DNA of 60,271 nt, from IMG/VR virus record IMGVR_UViG_3300008261_000124, positions 1 to 60,271 of that record; one strand, 5' to 3'. The DNA comes from a virus (Duplodnaviria > Caudoviricetes). Positions 34,487-46,800 of the stretch are shown in pieces (the first letter of the stretch is position 1; each line of letters opens with the position of its first letter). The position numbers and the translations under genes were made by a program. Below the pieces are notes generated by a model that was not told the origin of the DNA, made no database searches, and was given only the letters and a program-made list of their open reading frames with translations.

Positions 34487-37400
34487 ATTGTCTACTAAAT
34501 GTTTCAAAAGATTGTAAACCTTTAACAGGATCTACTTGACTTCCAGAGAAACCTAACATTGTTCCTAAATGGTTCCATATTTTAGCTTCTCCTTCTTTTT
34601 GCCACTCATAAGGACCTGTATCTTTTTTGTAAAATAAATCTTCATTTTCACCAGGCATAGCATGTAGGGCAATATCAGTTAATATTTTAGAATAAGATGT
34701 AATAGTTGGACCAAAGGCAAGTGATGTTGAACTTGTTAAATCAAGATAGTTATTCAAACCTACTCCTGGTAGTGGTATAAAACTTTGGTTTTCAGCTTGT
34801 GTTTTTAGCATTAGAGTAAGAGCATGGTTTGATAACCACCCTGTTAATTCAAAATCATCTTCCCCTAATGCACCAGATTTAGCTCTTAATTTTTCAAATC
34901 TATCTTCATCATCATCATCATAACCAAACAATAGAGAAGCTACCATAGATACTATTAATATTTGTGCAGCATCCATAAGCATTCTAGCCATTGCTCTTTT
35001 TTCAGATTTTTGAAGATATTTTATATGTTTACCTAATGTAGCTATTGTTTTTGCTATAGCAATTGTAGCTTCTACATAATATCCTGCTCTTATAGTACCT
35101 AATGCAAAGTTTGCACGGTCTTTACCAAATCTGTTCATAAACATACTTGTAAAGTATCTTCTCATGAAAGCAAATAACCTATAAGCAAAAAAAGCTTGAG
35201 CTTGAGGTTGTTCAAATTTAGCAAAAGCACCATTGAGATCTTTAAACTTCTCATGTACAGCATTTTGCATTTTTACAAACTCTTTACCTAATACAGCTTT
35301 TTCTTGACCGTTTTCATCTACTTCATAAGTGATTCCATAAGTAGCATCTACACCTTCTTTTAGAACCATCTTACCAGACTTATCTAATTCAAAAGCATCT
35401 GCATAAGCTATACTAGTTTCTACACCATTTACAATTCTTGGAATTTGTTTATGATACATCATAGAATAGAATAGCTGTAAACCACCTTCCATCTCCATGA
35501 ATTTTCTAGGGCTATACACAAAACTTAAACTAGCTAGATCTTTAGCAAAAGTTCTTGATGCATCTTTACCCAAACTTTCATCTGCTTTACCTTGTAATGG
35601 ATCCATAAGCATTATGAGTTGAGTATCTAATGTATTATAGTTACCACCCCATATTCTAGTAGTCCATTCATTCATTGCTGTCTTACTTCTTATTTTACCT
35701 TTACCCATAGAGACAAAGTCAAAATATTCACCAGCTGTTGCTTCAACATTTAACTGCCAAAGAATACCCCAGTAGTTTTTTACAGCAGATGGTAAGTTTA
35801 ATGCAAAGTAATTAATAGATGCTCCTTTTGTAATACCAGCAGTTACTTTATTAATCCAATCAAGATGTTTTTCATCAAAGACCTTACCTTTAAATTCTCG
35901 GTTATAAAGAGCTTTAAAACCAGCAACTCTATTACTTGTACCTTTATTACCAAACAAAGCTTTTACACTATCTCTCATAGTACCTTGTTTGTTTCTAATT
36001 TTATCAAGTTCTCTTGCTGCTTCATCTAAATTTTCTAGTGTATTCATCATGGCCTGGGCAACTGGAGATATTTCATTAAATACTCTTTGTTTTTCAGCCT
36101 GAAGCATATACAAATTAAAAGATGTTATAAGATCATAAGACACTTCTTCAATAGGAATATTAGACAAACCTCTCATAGGAATTTTATCTACAACAGGATC
36201 TAATAAAGCATTTTTAGCCATTGCTAGTTTTTCATAATCTTCTTCAAACTGAACATTGCCTAATTCATCTTCAACATCAATTTCTTCCCTAGATTCTATA
36301 TTAGCTTCTTCTTTAGACTTACCACTAAGAGTAGCAGCCATACCTCTACCCACACTTTTTATTCTATCAACCCATCTTTTTAAAGGTCTACCTGTTCTTA
36401 ATCTTTCAAGATTATCTTTAATAGGAAATCTTGGAATATCTAAATATAATTTTTGAGATTTATCAAGACCTATTTGATTATCAACATGATATTCTGTAAA
36501 GGCTTTTAGTAAAGCAGCTTTTTTAGAATCTTTGATAATTTCATAATAAGCATGATTTATAAATGGAGAATCTTGAGGTGCTCCCTGTTCTTTACTTAAA
36601 GGAAGATATTCACCCCGGTTATTAACAAACTGAGCTTTTTCTTCTTTAGTCATGTTAGGCTTGATGGTTTTAAATTCATCTTTTATTTTGAAAAAGAAAA
36701 ATCTAGAACTAGGAATACCATTTATTTCATAGGTTTGTCCTTCAAACTTAACTTTAGTTTTTTCTATATAAGGAACATCAGGATTTTTTTCAATAGGAAT
36801 AACAACACTCCAAGCATTTAGTCTTTCATATTTGTATTTCTTTGTACCATCTGAAGTCATGTAATATCTTTTTACATGATTTTCATTAAACCATTTAGCA
36901 AATGATGGTTTTTTAAGTAAAGTACCTTCTAATAATTTAATATCACTAAGAAGTGAATCAGCCTCATCTAATTTTCTAGGTTTAGCATTAATAGCAATTA
37001 GATTTTGGTTTAATTCATCCATGTAATACTCAGTAGGCTCTTTAAACTGCAATTCAGCAAGTTCTTTTAAAACTTCTTTTATTCTAAGTTTAGTAGCTGT
37101 ACTAAGATTAATCTGATCATTTTGAGATTTAAACTGAATATCATTAATTTTTTCTTGAATATTCTTAAGCTTTTCTAAAATTTTAGCTCTATTGGCCATT
37201 TTAGAAGGATCAGTCTGACCATAAGAATCTTTATATCCAGATAAAATAGCTGTTCTTTCTTTATAAAGTGCATCTACTTTATATTCATCAGGTAAATCTT
37301 TAGATAATTCAGCTAAAGTATCATATAATTCAGCTTGTCTATCATAATAAGCTTGTGTATATTTTACTCTACTGTTTTGTTTTAACCATTTATATTGTAA

Positions 37401-40073
37401 ATCTTTAAACTCATCAGTTAAAGTACCATCAGGATTATATTTTGCTATGTTAGAATATCTAGGATCTGTAGCTAACAAATTAGAAAAAGCTTCAAATTCT
37501 CTTTGAAACTGACCTTTTTTAGGAATAGCATCATAATACTTACCCATTCTTTTTCTATGAGCAGTTAAATCCCTTGCTATTTTTTGGTCTTTTTGATCTT
37601 TAAGATTTCCATTCTCATCAAAAATAGAGTAAAGTCTTTCTCTCTGTTTTAATAAATTATCTAGTATACTATTGTTTTCAAATGTATCTAGTTCATTAGG
37701 ATTATCAGCTCTAAACTTTTTTATCTCAAGATTTATTTCTTCTAACTTCATGAAAGCATCATAGTTCTCATTTTCAAGAACTTTTCTGTCTTCATAATAT
37801 GACTTAACATATTCTCTATTAAAGTATTTATTTAAGAATTCTTCTTTTTTCTTATAAGCTTCTTTTAACTTTTCTGGATCATTAGCCTTTTTAGCATCTT
37901 CAATATCTTGCTCTAGCATGGCAACTTCATACCTACCACTAGTTGTTGGTGCCATTAAAGATAATACAGCTTGTTTAGTTAGTCTACCGTTTTCATCTCT
38001 TCCGGCTTTTGTATCTGTTATAATATATTCACCAAACTCTTTTCTAGGATCATTCCCTGTAATACCTAAAGACTCCATAAGAGGCTGAATAGTCTCAGAA
38101 AATTTTCTAGATCTTAAGAAAGCATTAGCTGTAATATCTGATGTATGTTTCTTTAAGAATAAAGCAAAAGTTGAAAGAATAGGATCAGGATTTGTAGTAT
38201 AACTCTCAAACATTGTACTCCAAAAATTAGAGTCACCAAGTTCACCAGTATACAATTTTTTTATTTTATCCTCATCAAATGTATATTTCTTCTTTTTTTC
38301 TTTTAGTTCTTTTATAAGCTTATCTCTATAAGAATCAGCAGGCATTTCTTCTAGCCTTTTGATTTCTTCATCAATATTCTTTGTTATATTTTCTGAAAAA
38401 TAGTTAAGTAAATCTGTAGTAGATTTTACAGCACCATCTTCTTGTATAGTAACAAAAGTTTCTTTACCTTTTTTAACAGAAGCATCTAATGTAGCAACAA
38501 ATCTAAAAACATAACTATCTTTGGGAATACCAGCTTCAATCATTGCTCTTTCAGTTTGATCAATGAAATCACCCCATTGTTTTAATAAATCATGAGCATA
38601 AGCTACATCTTTTAGTTTGTCTACAGGTTTAGCATTACTTGCTGCAATGGTTTCTAAATACTTATTAATTTCAGTAAGAGTTTTATCTAATGTAAATAGA
38701 GAATTTATTAATGCTTTAGTTCTAAAAGAAAGAGTAAGATCAGCATAGTTTTTTACTTTAGAAGGATCTACATCTTTTAATCTCTCAGCAATATCTCTTA
38801 AATATCCACCTGCTTCTTCATCAGCAATAACCTTTTTTATATCCCAGTAAGGTTTTGCTTTTGTAAGTCTTAATTGTCTATCATTGAACATTATAAAATT
38901 ATCAATAACACCCATAAGTTTACTTTCAGCTTCTGCAGTTTTTATAGCATCAGTAATTTCTTTTGCAGCTTTTTCTAATTCATTATTATAAGAATTTATA
39001 GTTTCTGCATTAACTTCTTCATTTTCAAGTTTAAAGTTTTCATTCTCTACCATTTTAACAAAAGATGAAACACTATCATTAGGAGTAAGCTTTTCTACTT
39101 TTACAGTTCCAAATTGTTTTCTTATTCTTTGTTTGATGTGATACATCAGATTATTCTTTATAAAAGCATCAAATGCTTCACTCATAAGACCTGCATTAAC
39201 ATTAGTACCAGCATTTTTTACTGATGCATAATATTTAAGAGATTCAGCTAAAACTAATTCTTTATATAAATCAGAATCTTTATTTATTATTGTTGGATAT
39301 TTATCATTTATAATCTCTTGAATATCAGCTGCTTGTGGAGTTTTAAGAAATCTTTCATAAATAGCATTAAAAGTATCTTTAGCATTTAGTCTTAAAGTAT
39401 GAATTAAAGGTAAAGCAATATCAGCAAAGTTGCTATTCAATGATATTTTATCCTCAACTAAATGTATTTTGTTATTGATGATAAATACAGATTGTCCTTG
39501 ATAAGGAGTAGCAGTTTTTGTTAGAATATTATTAGCTTCTTGGGTTGTTACAATTATAAAATCCCTACCTAAATTTTCACCAAACTTGTAGAGAAATTCA
39601 TCTTTTCTCATCTTGTTTTGTAAATCAATAGCTGTTATTGGTTCTACAAATTCTTCTGGTACTTCATTAGCCAATTCTTCAAGAGTTTGGAATCTTTTAG
39701 CAGCAATTTCTTTTTCTTCCTCAGTTCTTTTTATAATTTCTCCTTGAAACAATTTATCTAAATAATCATTATTTGCAAGCCATTGTTTATAAACATCTTC
39801 ATTAAACATACCTTCTTGAGCATCATTTATCATGTCAAGAAGAGTAGTGCTATAATCATACTTTTGTCTTTTAACTAATGGAACATATTTATTAAGTAAA
39901 GCAGCTGCTTTTATAGGTTCAGCTTCAGTAAATAGAAAAAATGCCCCGGCAACAGGCTCAGGTAAAACATCTTCTCTAGATGACATCCATACTTTCCAAG
40001 TATTATTTTCACCTATAGTATTTTCTAGAGCTAACCAGTCTGGGGCAGTTTTAAGAGGACAAGATCCTTTCAT
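34485..40073 (-). CDS. giant virion/ejection protein (1862 aa)
   Basis: In the virion RNAP gene block; helical; C-terminal hydrophobic segment; single Cys at residue 5. Confidence 0.75.
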   Translation of the reverse strand: MKGSCPLKTAPDWLALENTIGENNTWKVWMSSREDVLPEPVAGAFFLFTEAEPIKAAALLNKYVPLVKRQKYDYSTTLLDMINDAQEGMFNEDVYKQWLANNDYLDKLFQGEIIKRTEEEKEIAAKRFQTLEELANEVPEEFVEPITAIDLQNKMRKDEFLYKFGENLGRDFIIVTTQEANNILTKTATPYQGQSVFIINNKIHLVEDKISLNSNFADIALPLIHTLRLNAKDTFNAIYERFLKTPQAADIQEIINDKYPTIINKDSDLYKELVLAESLKYYASVKNAGTNVNAGLMSEAFDAFIKNNLMYHIKQRIRKQFGTVKVEKLTPNDSVSSFVKMVENENFKLENEEVNAETINSYNNELEKAAKEITDAIKTAEAESKLMGVIDNFIMFNDRQLRLTKAKPYWDIKKVIADEEAGGYLRDIAERLKDVDPSKVKNYADLTLSFRTKALINSLFTLDKTLTEINKYLETIAASNAKPVDKLKDVAYAHDLLKQWGDFIDQTERAMIEAGIPKDSYVFRFVATLDASVKKGKETFVTIQEDGAVKSTTDLLNYFSENITKNIDEEIKRLEEMPADSYRDKLIKELKEKKKKYTFDEDKIKKLYTGELGDSNFWSTMFESYTTNPDPILSTFALFLKKHTSDITANAFLRSRKFSETIQPLMESLGITGNDPRKEFGEYIITDTKAGRDENGRLTKQAVLSLMAPTTSGRYEVAMLEQDIEDAKKANDPEKLKEAYKKKEEFLNKYFNREYVKSYYEDRKVLENENYDAFMKLEEINLEIKKFRADNPNELDTFENNSILDNLLKQRERLYSIFDENGNLKDQKDQKIARDLTAHRKRMGKYYDAIPKKGQFQREFEAFSNLLATDPRYSNIAKYNPDGTLTDEFKDLQYKWLKQNSRVKYTQAYYDRQAELYDTLAELSKDLPDEYKVDALYKERTAILSGYKDSYGQTDPSKMANRAKILEKLKNIQEKINDIQFKSQNDQINLSTATKLRIKEVLKELAELQFKEPTEYYMDELNQNLIAINAKPRKLDEADSLLSDIKLLEGTLLKKPSFAKWFNENHVKRYYMTSDGTKKYKYERLNAWSVVIPIEKNPDVPYIEKTKVKFEGQTYEINGIPSSRFFFFKIKDEFKTIKPNMTKEEKAQFVNNRGEYLPLSKEQGAPQDSPFINHAYYEIIKDSKKAALLKAFTEYHVDNQIGLDKSQKLYLDIPRFPIKDNLERLRTGRPLKRWVDRIKSVGRGMAATLSGKSKEEANIESREEIDVEDELGNVQFEEDYEKLAMAKNALLDPVVDKIPMRGLSNIPIEEVSYDLITSFNLYMLQAEKQRVFNEISPVAQAMMNTLENLDEAARELDKIRNKQGTMRDSVKALFGNKGTSNRVAGFKALYNREFKGKVFDEKHLDWINKVTAGITKGASINYFALNLPSAVKNYWGILWQLNVEATAGEYFDFVSMGKGKIRSKTAMNEWTTRIWGGNYNTLDTQLIMLMDPLQGKADESLGKDASRTFAKDLASLSFVYSPRKFMEMEGGLQLFYSMMYHKQIPRIVNGVETSIAYADAFELDKSGKMVLKEGVDATYGITYEVDENGQEKAVLGKEFVKMQNAVHEKFKDLNGAFAKFEQPQAQAFFAYRLFAFMRRYFTSMFMNRFGKDRANFALGTIRAGYYVEATIAIAKTIATLGKHIKYLQKSEKRAMARMLMDAAQILIVSMVASLLFGYDDDDEDRFEKLRAKSGALGEDDFELTGWLSNHALTLMLKTQAENQSFIPLPGVGLNNYLDLTSSTSLAFGPTITSYSKILTDIALHAMPGENEDLFYKKDTGPYEWQKEGEAKIWNHLGTMLGFSGSQVDPVKGLQSFETFSRQ

Positions 40074-40074
40074 T

Positions 40075-40866
40075 TTAACATTCGCTTTTTTTGTTGTTAA
40101 TATCTTCTTCTGATGGTGAAATATGTTTGTTTACAATGTCATCTATAGATGGAGCTCCTGTAACACTAGGATCACTTATTCCAAAAGCATCATTAAGTTT
40201 GTTAGACAAATATATTGATAATTCTTGGTTTGTAGAGGATTCCTCTTCAGTAAAAGGAATGATGTTACCTTCTTCATCCATAGTCCAGCTACCTTCTTTA
40301 CGTCTTTCTATGTCTTCTTCTTTAGAAAGGTCTTCTGTTTCATATTCTTCTTCTGGTGTAGTAAAATCTATAGTTTTTTGAATACCTATTTGTGGTTTAC
40401 TTATCAGTAAAGATGGTGATTGTCTAGGATTAATTTCTACAATAATAACATCTTCAATTGTAGTATTTTTTAACTTAAAAATATCAGGATATTGAGTTGC
40501 AATTTCTTGCATTATTTTAAGATTAGGCTCAAAGATCTCTTTCCTATTGGCAGTTTTAACACTCATACCAACATTCCATCCTTTTACTATAAAAATTTTA
40601 TCATTAGATTTAGCAAGAACTCCCTGTAAATAATCTAGAATACCTCTTTCAGTAAGATATTGGTTGGCTTTGAGACCTCTTTGTATTTTCTGTAGTTTGT
40701 TTTTATTAATATTTAATAAAAAATTTTTGGCTTCACTTACAGTAGGGATATAATCAGAGTCTGGTTTACCCTGATTATATCTTCTTATTAAGCCTTCAGC
40801 AATAGTGCTTCCATATCTTTTTTCTAAGTTTTTATACTCCTTAGTTGATTTATTTATACAAGTCAT
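40075..40866 (-). CDS. hypothetical virion-associated protein (263 aa)
   Basis: Between giant genes; Cys only at residues 3 and 263. Confidence 0.7.
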   Translation of the reverse strand: MTCINKSTKEYKNLEKRYGSTIAEGLIRRYNQGKPDSDYIPTVSEAKNFLLNINKNKLQKIQRGLKANQYLTERGILDYLQGVLAKSNDKIFIVKGWNVGMSVKTANRKEIFEPNLKIMQEIATQYPDIFKLKNTTIEDVIIVEINPRQSPSLLISKPQIGIQKTIDFTTPEEEYETEDLSKEEDIERRKEGSWTMDEEGNIIPFTEEESSTNQELSIYLSNKLNDAFGISDPSVTGAPSIDDIVNKHISPSEEDINNKKSEC

Positions 40867-40871
40867 AGTAC

Positions 40872-43800
40872 TTATAATTTACAATTAATTGTTTGATCTA
40901 CAAATTGTTCGACTGTTAAATCAAATGGTAGTTCATTATATTTATCAAGTATGCTCTCTAAGGTACCAACTTTTTTCTTTTGTTCATCAGTTAATTTATT
41001 ATAGATAGCTGTTATTTGTTTTATAGGATCACCAGTTTGTACTATAGGTTGAGTAGTGGATTTACTATAATTCTTTCTTAGTTCAGCTAAAGCAGCTTTA
41101 TTTATTCTATCTTCTAATAATCCTTTGGTTTCTCCTTCAGCTTGTTTAATAAAGTCATGACCTAATTCATGAAGAAGAACAAAAGTAAAAAATTCATCAA
41201 ATGATGTAAACTCATTTTCAGCAAGAGGTGTAGCAGAACTTTTATCATTTAATACTGCAGATTTAGTCCAAGCTTTTTCAGCATATTTTTGTTTCAAAAG
41301 TGAAATATTTAGTAAAATAGCATTACCAATGTTTCTTGCTCCTACAGGTTTATCTCTAGTTGATTCAATTTGTTGGAACAAAAGAGGTTTTTTTCTAAAA
41401 GTTTTTTGAGCTAAAGCTTTTTCTTCAGTAAAATATGGTTTACCTAGTTGAGTAGTAGTAAGTTTAGCTTGATCAAATATAGATGATAAGAACACAATAT
41501 TTTTACCACTATCCTCTAAAGACTTGATATTAGAAATAGCAGAATCAATATCAGTTTTAGCAGCATTGATTTGCTCAAAAGACATACCTGGAAATCTATA
41601 GTTCAAATCTGATAAAGAAGAAATAATGATAGAATCTAGATTGTTGTTTTTTACATCATAGATAAAATCACTTTTCTTTTCATAATCTTTAGCTAAATCT
41701 TTAAATGTTTGAGAGTTATCATCTAAAACATAAACATTACCTTTTACATTTGTTATAAATGGTAAGTTGTTTATATTCAATGCATTAGATTGTTTAAGAT
41801 TAATAACATCTTGCATATTCATTCTCCAGTTTACACCTCTATTTATTAAAGTAGAATTTTTAGAATTATATCTAGCTTTAAAAAATTCATTAAAACCGGC
41901 TAAAAATTTATCTGCATTATCACTATCTAATAATTTTTTTAGGTTATTGACAGCAACATCCATTATTCTATTATAGTTTCCATAAGGCATGATTGACATT
42001 AAGTTAAACTCACTTGGGTTCATACCTGATTGTAAGAAAGCATATAACGGTAACTTTTCAAAAAAGCTACTTATATAAGCATTATTTTGAGGACTGTTTG
42101 CTACTTTAATAAAACTAGGATCAGCAAGTTCACTCATTTGTCTTCTATAATCTTCTCTTTTCTTTTTACCATTCTCATCCCTAATATCTGTAACATCTGA
42201 TATATCAGTAAGAGTAAAGTTTAATATACCTTTATACTTTTGTTTTACATCATTAGGTACTACACTAGCTTTAAATTTAGATATAACAGAATACTTTTTA
42301 GCAAGAGCAGGGTTATCATTAATAATATTTATAAGTTCTTGAGCCACAGTATCTTTTCCAGATCTAAATAATTTGAATGTATTATAAATATTATTTAATG
42401 CTTTATTCTTTAAAATGTTTTCATAAGCATACTTCTTTAATCCGTCTTCTGTAGAAAATGCAGGATTATTAATATTTTTTAAAGCAGCATAAGATCTTTT
42501 ATAGCTAGTAGTATTAACCACAGAATCTATTGGATACATTCTTCTTAAATATTCTCTTTCTAAGCTAAACTCAACAAACTCTTCAAATGTAGCATCTTCA
42601 AAAGCAGCTAAAGGAACAGGATATAATCCTCTTTCTATATAGTTTTTAGCATATTCTTTATTATCATAATCATTTTTAAGTTGTTCAATGTTAACTAACT
42701 GATCTACAGGAATTTGTTTATACATTGTATCACCAGATCTGTAGTTTTTAAGAGTATTGATAAATACATACTGATATAAAGAATTTAAAAATCTTATTAC
42801 ATATTTTTCTTCATCTAAACCAGTAGCTTTTTCTATACTACTAAATAGTGTTCTATTTTCTACAGCATTAGTTAAAAAGTCAATTACCTTAGGATGATTT
42901 CTAGTAGGAAACAGTCTTCCAAACAATTCAATAGTAAAATCTTGAACTTGAAATGGTTTAAGAGCACCTCCATTAACAAGATTATTTACATCTTCTTGAG
43001 AAACAGTTTTAGAATCTTTTAATCTAGCTATAGCTCTTGATTTTATCTTAGCCTCAAACATGTTTGGTGAAGTAGTTGTATCAGGATTTAAAGTCATTTT
43101 TAATAAATCATAATCCTTCATCAATTCTTCAATAAGAAGATATTGTAAAAATCCAGCTTTTTGAGATTGATCAGCAAAATTAAGTCTGCTAGAAGCTATA
43201 CTTTTTAATTCATCTAATGTAAAAGCTCCTTTATGATAAAAATTTAAAGCATATTGTAAACCGTGTACATTATCTTTATTATTAGTATATTCAGCACTTG
43301 GTACATTTATAGATCTCATCATATATTTCTTAGCTAAATTTTTAGCATTAGACCCACTTGAATCATGATCTTTACCAAATACTAATTTAGATAGTGGAGA
43401 TTTATAACTATTTTCTAAAGAAACATATTCTCTAACCATAGGATTAGAAACAAAATATGCTATGTGTTCAAAAGGCACTCCTGCATCAACTAAAAACAAA
43501 ATTTTAGGTGTAACAGTAGGATTACCTTGCAAATAAGCTACCCATTCATCTTTATCAATATCAACAAATCCATTTAACAACTGAGAAATAATTTCAGCAA
43601 CACTGTTTTCATTATTATAATCTCTATCTTTAGATAAAGAAATAGCACCATCAGAAGTTTTATTATGCTTTAACTTTAAACCAATAGGAAAATCAACAAT
43701 TTTTTCTTCAATCACATTTTTACCAGCTTTAGTCCGAGTAAGTATTTTTATTACCACAGGCATTGACTTTTTAAGCTTAGTTCCATAAATACGGAATTGG

Positions 43801-46800
43801 TTACTATTAGTACCACCTACAGCAACAATACCTAGACCTTGACCACCAGCAATACTAGCTTGTTGTTTATCTGTATTAAAATCTTGCTCTAACATTCTGG
43901 TAGCACTAATTCCTTTTGGAGCATTTCTTTTACCAGTCATAATAGACTTTTCATAGTCTGTTTCATCATCTAGTTCTTGAACTAATGATTTTAATCCTTT
44001 TTGACCTGGAGCATCTTCAGTTATGTATTTAGTTAAATGAGTATCATTTGGTGTCAATAATACTTCGGCCATATCTGGTAAAGAAAGGACATCAGTTATA
44101 GCATCAATTAAATCATTCTCAATAACTTTAGAAAAGTTTCTTTTATGCTCTTTTGCTAAAGAAAGTTCTATAGCTGTTTTAGCTAAATCATTTTTTTCTT
44201 TATATAAATTAGATATAGTTTCTTCAACTTTATTTAACTCAGTAATATTAAAGTCTTTAAGTTTTTGATTGTATATTTTATATGCTTCAGGTATATTATT
44301 TTTAACAAAGTCCATTAGATTTTTATCAGAAAGATTTTCTAATAATTTTCTAGTATTTTTTTGAGTTAAAGAATTATACTGTTCTTTTCCTAAGTACTTA
44401 GTTTGAGCAACATCAGTTACAGCTTTTCTGAAATCACTAAGATCATCTTTAATAGTAGTCCAAGTAAGATTCTTTTTGTCTACTTCAGTTTTGATTTCAC
44501 CTTTAATAGCTTTAGCCCTAGCTTTATTAAAACTTTCTTCAAGCTTTTCTATATGAGCATCTAACTCCTCAACAGTATTAAAACTATCTTTAATTAAAGT
44601 ACCTCTGCTAGATATGTACTTAGAGTAAGAAGTGAGTTTATCCACGTCAAAGTCAGTACCTGATTTAGCAACAATTTCTGCAGGAATAATAATAATTGGA
44701 CCGGCAATAGGTGGTAAAAATCTTTGAACTTCAGCAAATTCTGCAGAGTTAGGTCCTTGTACTGGAATCCTAACACCTGTTATTCTAATTTTTAATCTGT
44801 TTTCATCTGTATTTAACCACTCATTGACATTGATCATTTCATTAAGCCTATTGAAACTTGCATCAAAGTCTAATTCTCTATCACCTTTTTCATTCTTTTT
44901 ATAAACAGCAATTATTTCTTTAGAATCTATATAATTACCTTTTTCATCTTTGGTAAAATATTTAGTAAAGAAAAGCTTTTGATAATCTTCATTTAAAGCA
45001 ATAGCTACACCCATACCTTTTGTGTCAACTTTACCATCAGGATCTACTACATAAGATCTTAAACCATTAGTTCCATAATTATTTAAGTCTTTTTCTGTAG
45101 GTTTTTTAAATTTTACATCTTGAAAAAATGCAGAAGATCCTTCAACTAATGGTTCACCATTTACTTTTAATCTTACTAATCTATTGTTGATAATAGATAC
45201 TAGATTTTTTTCTATTTGTGGAGCTAAAGGGTGGCTACTTAAATCAACTGTACCTTTTTCATTGCTTTGAATAAGATCAATTTCAGTTTTGCTGTAACCT
45301 TGTTTTTCTAATTCTTTTCTTATAAAACCTAGCATTACTTGAATATCACCTTCAAGTTTAACAGTTCCAGTTTTAGGATCAATTACTTCTTTAAATTTTA
45401 AATTTCTTAGTATTTCAGCCTTTTTAACTTTTACTATTCTATCAATAAGACTAAATACCTTGTCAGTTTTTTCTTTAAATATCTGTTTTTTAGGATCTCC
45501 TTCACTGTATAAACTAACATTAAATAGTTTACGTAACTGAGATGCTAAAGTAGATTCTCCTTTAAAATAACTATTTACTTTAGTTTGATTTTTAAGATAA
45601 GCAAGAAATATAGGATTTACAGTAAATGTAAAATTTTCTTTTAGTCTACTTGTATCATTTCCTTCATATATATCATCACCATTAAGATTTTCTGAGGATC
45701 TAATATGTGATTGTTTTGAACCTGATTCAAATGTGATATAATCAATACCTTGTTCAATCATTTTTAAATGAATGTCCTGTAGCACAGCTTTTTTATTTCC
45801 GTATTCAAGCATACTAGGAGTCAAAGGCATCAAACTAAACTTATGAATACTGTTTATTGGATATCTACCTGTAATAGCTAACGGACCGGCATAACCTAAT
45901 TTGTATACTGGAAATAAACCTTTTATCTCATCTGCAGATACTTGTTTACCTTTTATAACATCTTGATATGCAGCTTCTTGTTCAGGACTCCAATCTGATT
46001 CTAATTTTTTAAGAATTCTGTATGCATCAAAACTAACAAAACCTTGACCATCAGCATCTTTAATTTTAGCAAAAGGAGCCATCCTACCACCTGTAGGATT
46101 ACCGTTTTTATCTAAACCATCTGGTCCATATAATTCTTTTTTAATAGCAGCCTCGTCTGTAATACCTCTTCTTATCATTGACTTTCTGAACATATCTTCA
46201 TACATTTCATAATATGCAGATCTTACTTCAGATTCTTTTATGATAGCTGTATTAAATATACTAGTATGTTTTCTAATATCTTTTTTAGCTATTTTATTCT
46301 CATCCATTAATTTTTGCTCATACTCTCTTTTAGCATAAGTATTAGCATAATTATTAGCTAATGAACCTGTTGCAAAAATAGTACCTGGTGATTGGTAAGG
46401 AGCAATCCTTTTAGGACCTTCATTTTTAGCATGATTAAACTGAAAGTGATCTGTATGAATAATTGTTCCTACTTCAGCTTTGTATAACCAAGAGTTAATA
46501 GTATAAGATGAGAAAAATGCATTTTTAAGAAGTATATCAGAACTTTCACCTAAAGAATCTAACTGTGCTTTTTTTATTACTTTATTAGAAATAAATCTTT
46601 CTTTTAAAGCTTCTTTAATAGCTTCTGGTAATAATGCTTCTCCATTTCTTTGAAGTTTTGCAGATTTAACAGCTTTAACATATTGCTTTTCATATCTTTT
46701 CTTTAATCTAGAAAAATATTCAAGAACTTGTTTATTTAGTTCATCTCTTAATACTTCATTCTCATTTAGAGTAGTTATTAATCCTTTCTCAGCAACAGCA

